Position numbers and translations under genes: made by a program. A stretch of 20,000 bases of DNA, taken from positions 45,479 to 65,478 of the forward strand of contig KZ538508.1 of NCBI GenBank assembly GCA_000934665.2, in the 5' to 3' direction. Positions 19,256 through 20,000 of this stretch are shown one piece after another. This stretch comes from Catajapyx aquilonaris. Taxonomy: Eukaryota. Within the stretch, counting starts at the first letter, position 1. Each line of letters opens with the position of its first letter. A model generated the notes under the pieces. It did no database searches and was not told the origin of the DNA. It worked only from the letters and a program-made list of their open reading frames with translations.

Positions 19256-19905
19256 TGCCTCTCGGGCGCTGCAAACGCACAGAAAGTGTGGGCCATGTTG
19301 ACCTTGCAATTTATTAACTTATTTTTTTCAAATTCCATGCTCTCATTGAGTATTTTCTGTCAATAATGTTGTAATTCGTACTATCCCCTCTAATTTCATC
19401 TAACTTCATGGACGTACTTCGTCAACAAGGGGTCAAGTTACTGCTTGTGACATAGGTCTTTTTTGGCAAAACCTACCTGGGACGTATTAGTGTATCAGTG
19501 CAACCAAAAAGATGATGCTTAATCACAAAAATATCAAAGAGTTCCCTGGAATCTATGCCTGAATATATCGGTAGCAGAACTCCAAGTACTGCAAGTCACA
19601 TCTGAAAACCAGTTACTAGACCTTGTCTTGAGTTGCCTCCACTCCTGTAATTAATAACCAAACCTGCAGCATATTTTTGTTCAGGATATACTCGTACATT
19701 CAGCAAGCTTGTAGCATGTAGTTTTATATGCTGGCTGCTGCAGAAGTACCTGTCATGATTGCTAGTGAAGGTTTCTCATGCTAATTATTGTGCCAAGGAG
19801 GGCACTGCTTCTGAGACATAAAATTGTGTCGGAATCAGTTTCATGAGGTGTCCCTTCACTCAAAGGTTTTACCAAATATCATTAGAATGAATTAAGAGGA
19901 CTATA

Positions 19906-20000
19906 CAGGGTGATCCAACTCTGTGGCACCAACAGTTATTGGAAAAATCAACAAGCTGCTTGTTTATAAGCAGGTCGTTGCTAAGAGATCAATAAGAGTT
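19906..20000 (+). mobile_element. Probable left end of a Tc1/mariner-type element running off the window
   Basis: TA|CAGGGTGATCCAAC, the same terminal heptamer as the element at 465. Confidence 0.45.

Noticed and set aside
19400..19860. Possible further minus-strand exons (upstream SMC1 or another gene)
   Set aside because: Splice-like sites exist, but the frames contain stops and I recognised no SMC1 or other homology.

Overview
Eukaryotic (probably arthropod; inferred from intron style, the SINE and the mariner types) genomic DNA that is rich in transposons. On the + strand are the last four coding exons of an apparently intact CEBPZ/NOC1/Mak21 gene (4556-8147). On the - strand is the intron-containing 3' end of a strongly diverged cohesin SMC1 paralog (15054-16498). 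It looks pseudogenised: a frameshift, a probable second frameshift, and a 230-bp TIR element inserted into the Walker B codons. A small spliced orphan gene candidate with two TQT motifs lies on the + strand (17236-18818), and two unidentified candidate exons lie at 13491-13844 (-). The rest is mostly nested DNA transposons and MITEs with resolvable ends and target-site duplications (TSDs): a decayed full-length DD34D mariner, Tc1-, pogo-, piggyBac-, Kolobok-, hAT-, P-, PIF- and MULE-like MITEs, and a tRNA-derived SINE. Two groups of elements have end/TSD signatures I cannot assign: CAAGG termini with a 3-bp TNA TSD (3 copies), and ATGTAC...GTACAT ends (3 copies). All calls were made by eye from the sequence and remembered family motifs; no searches were run.
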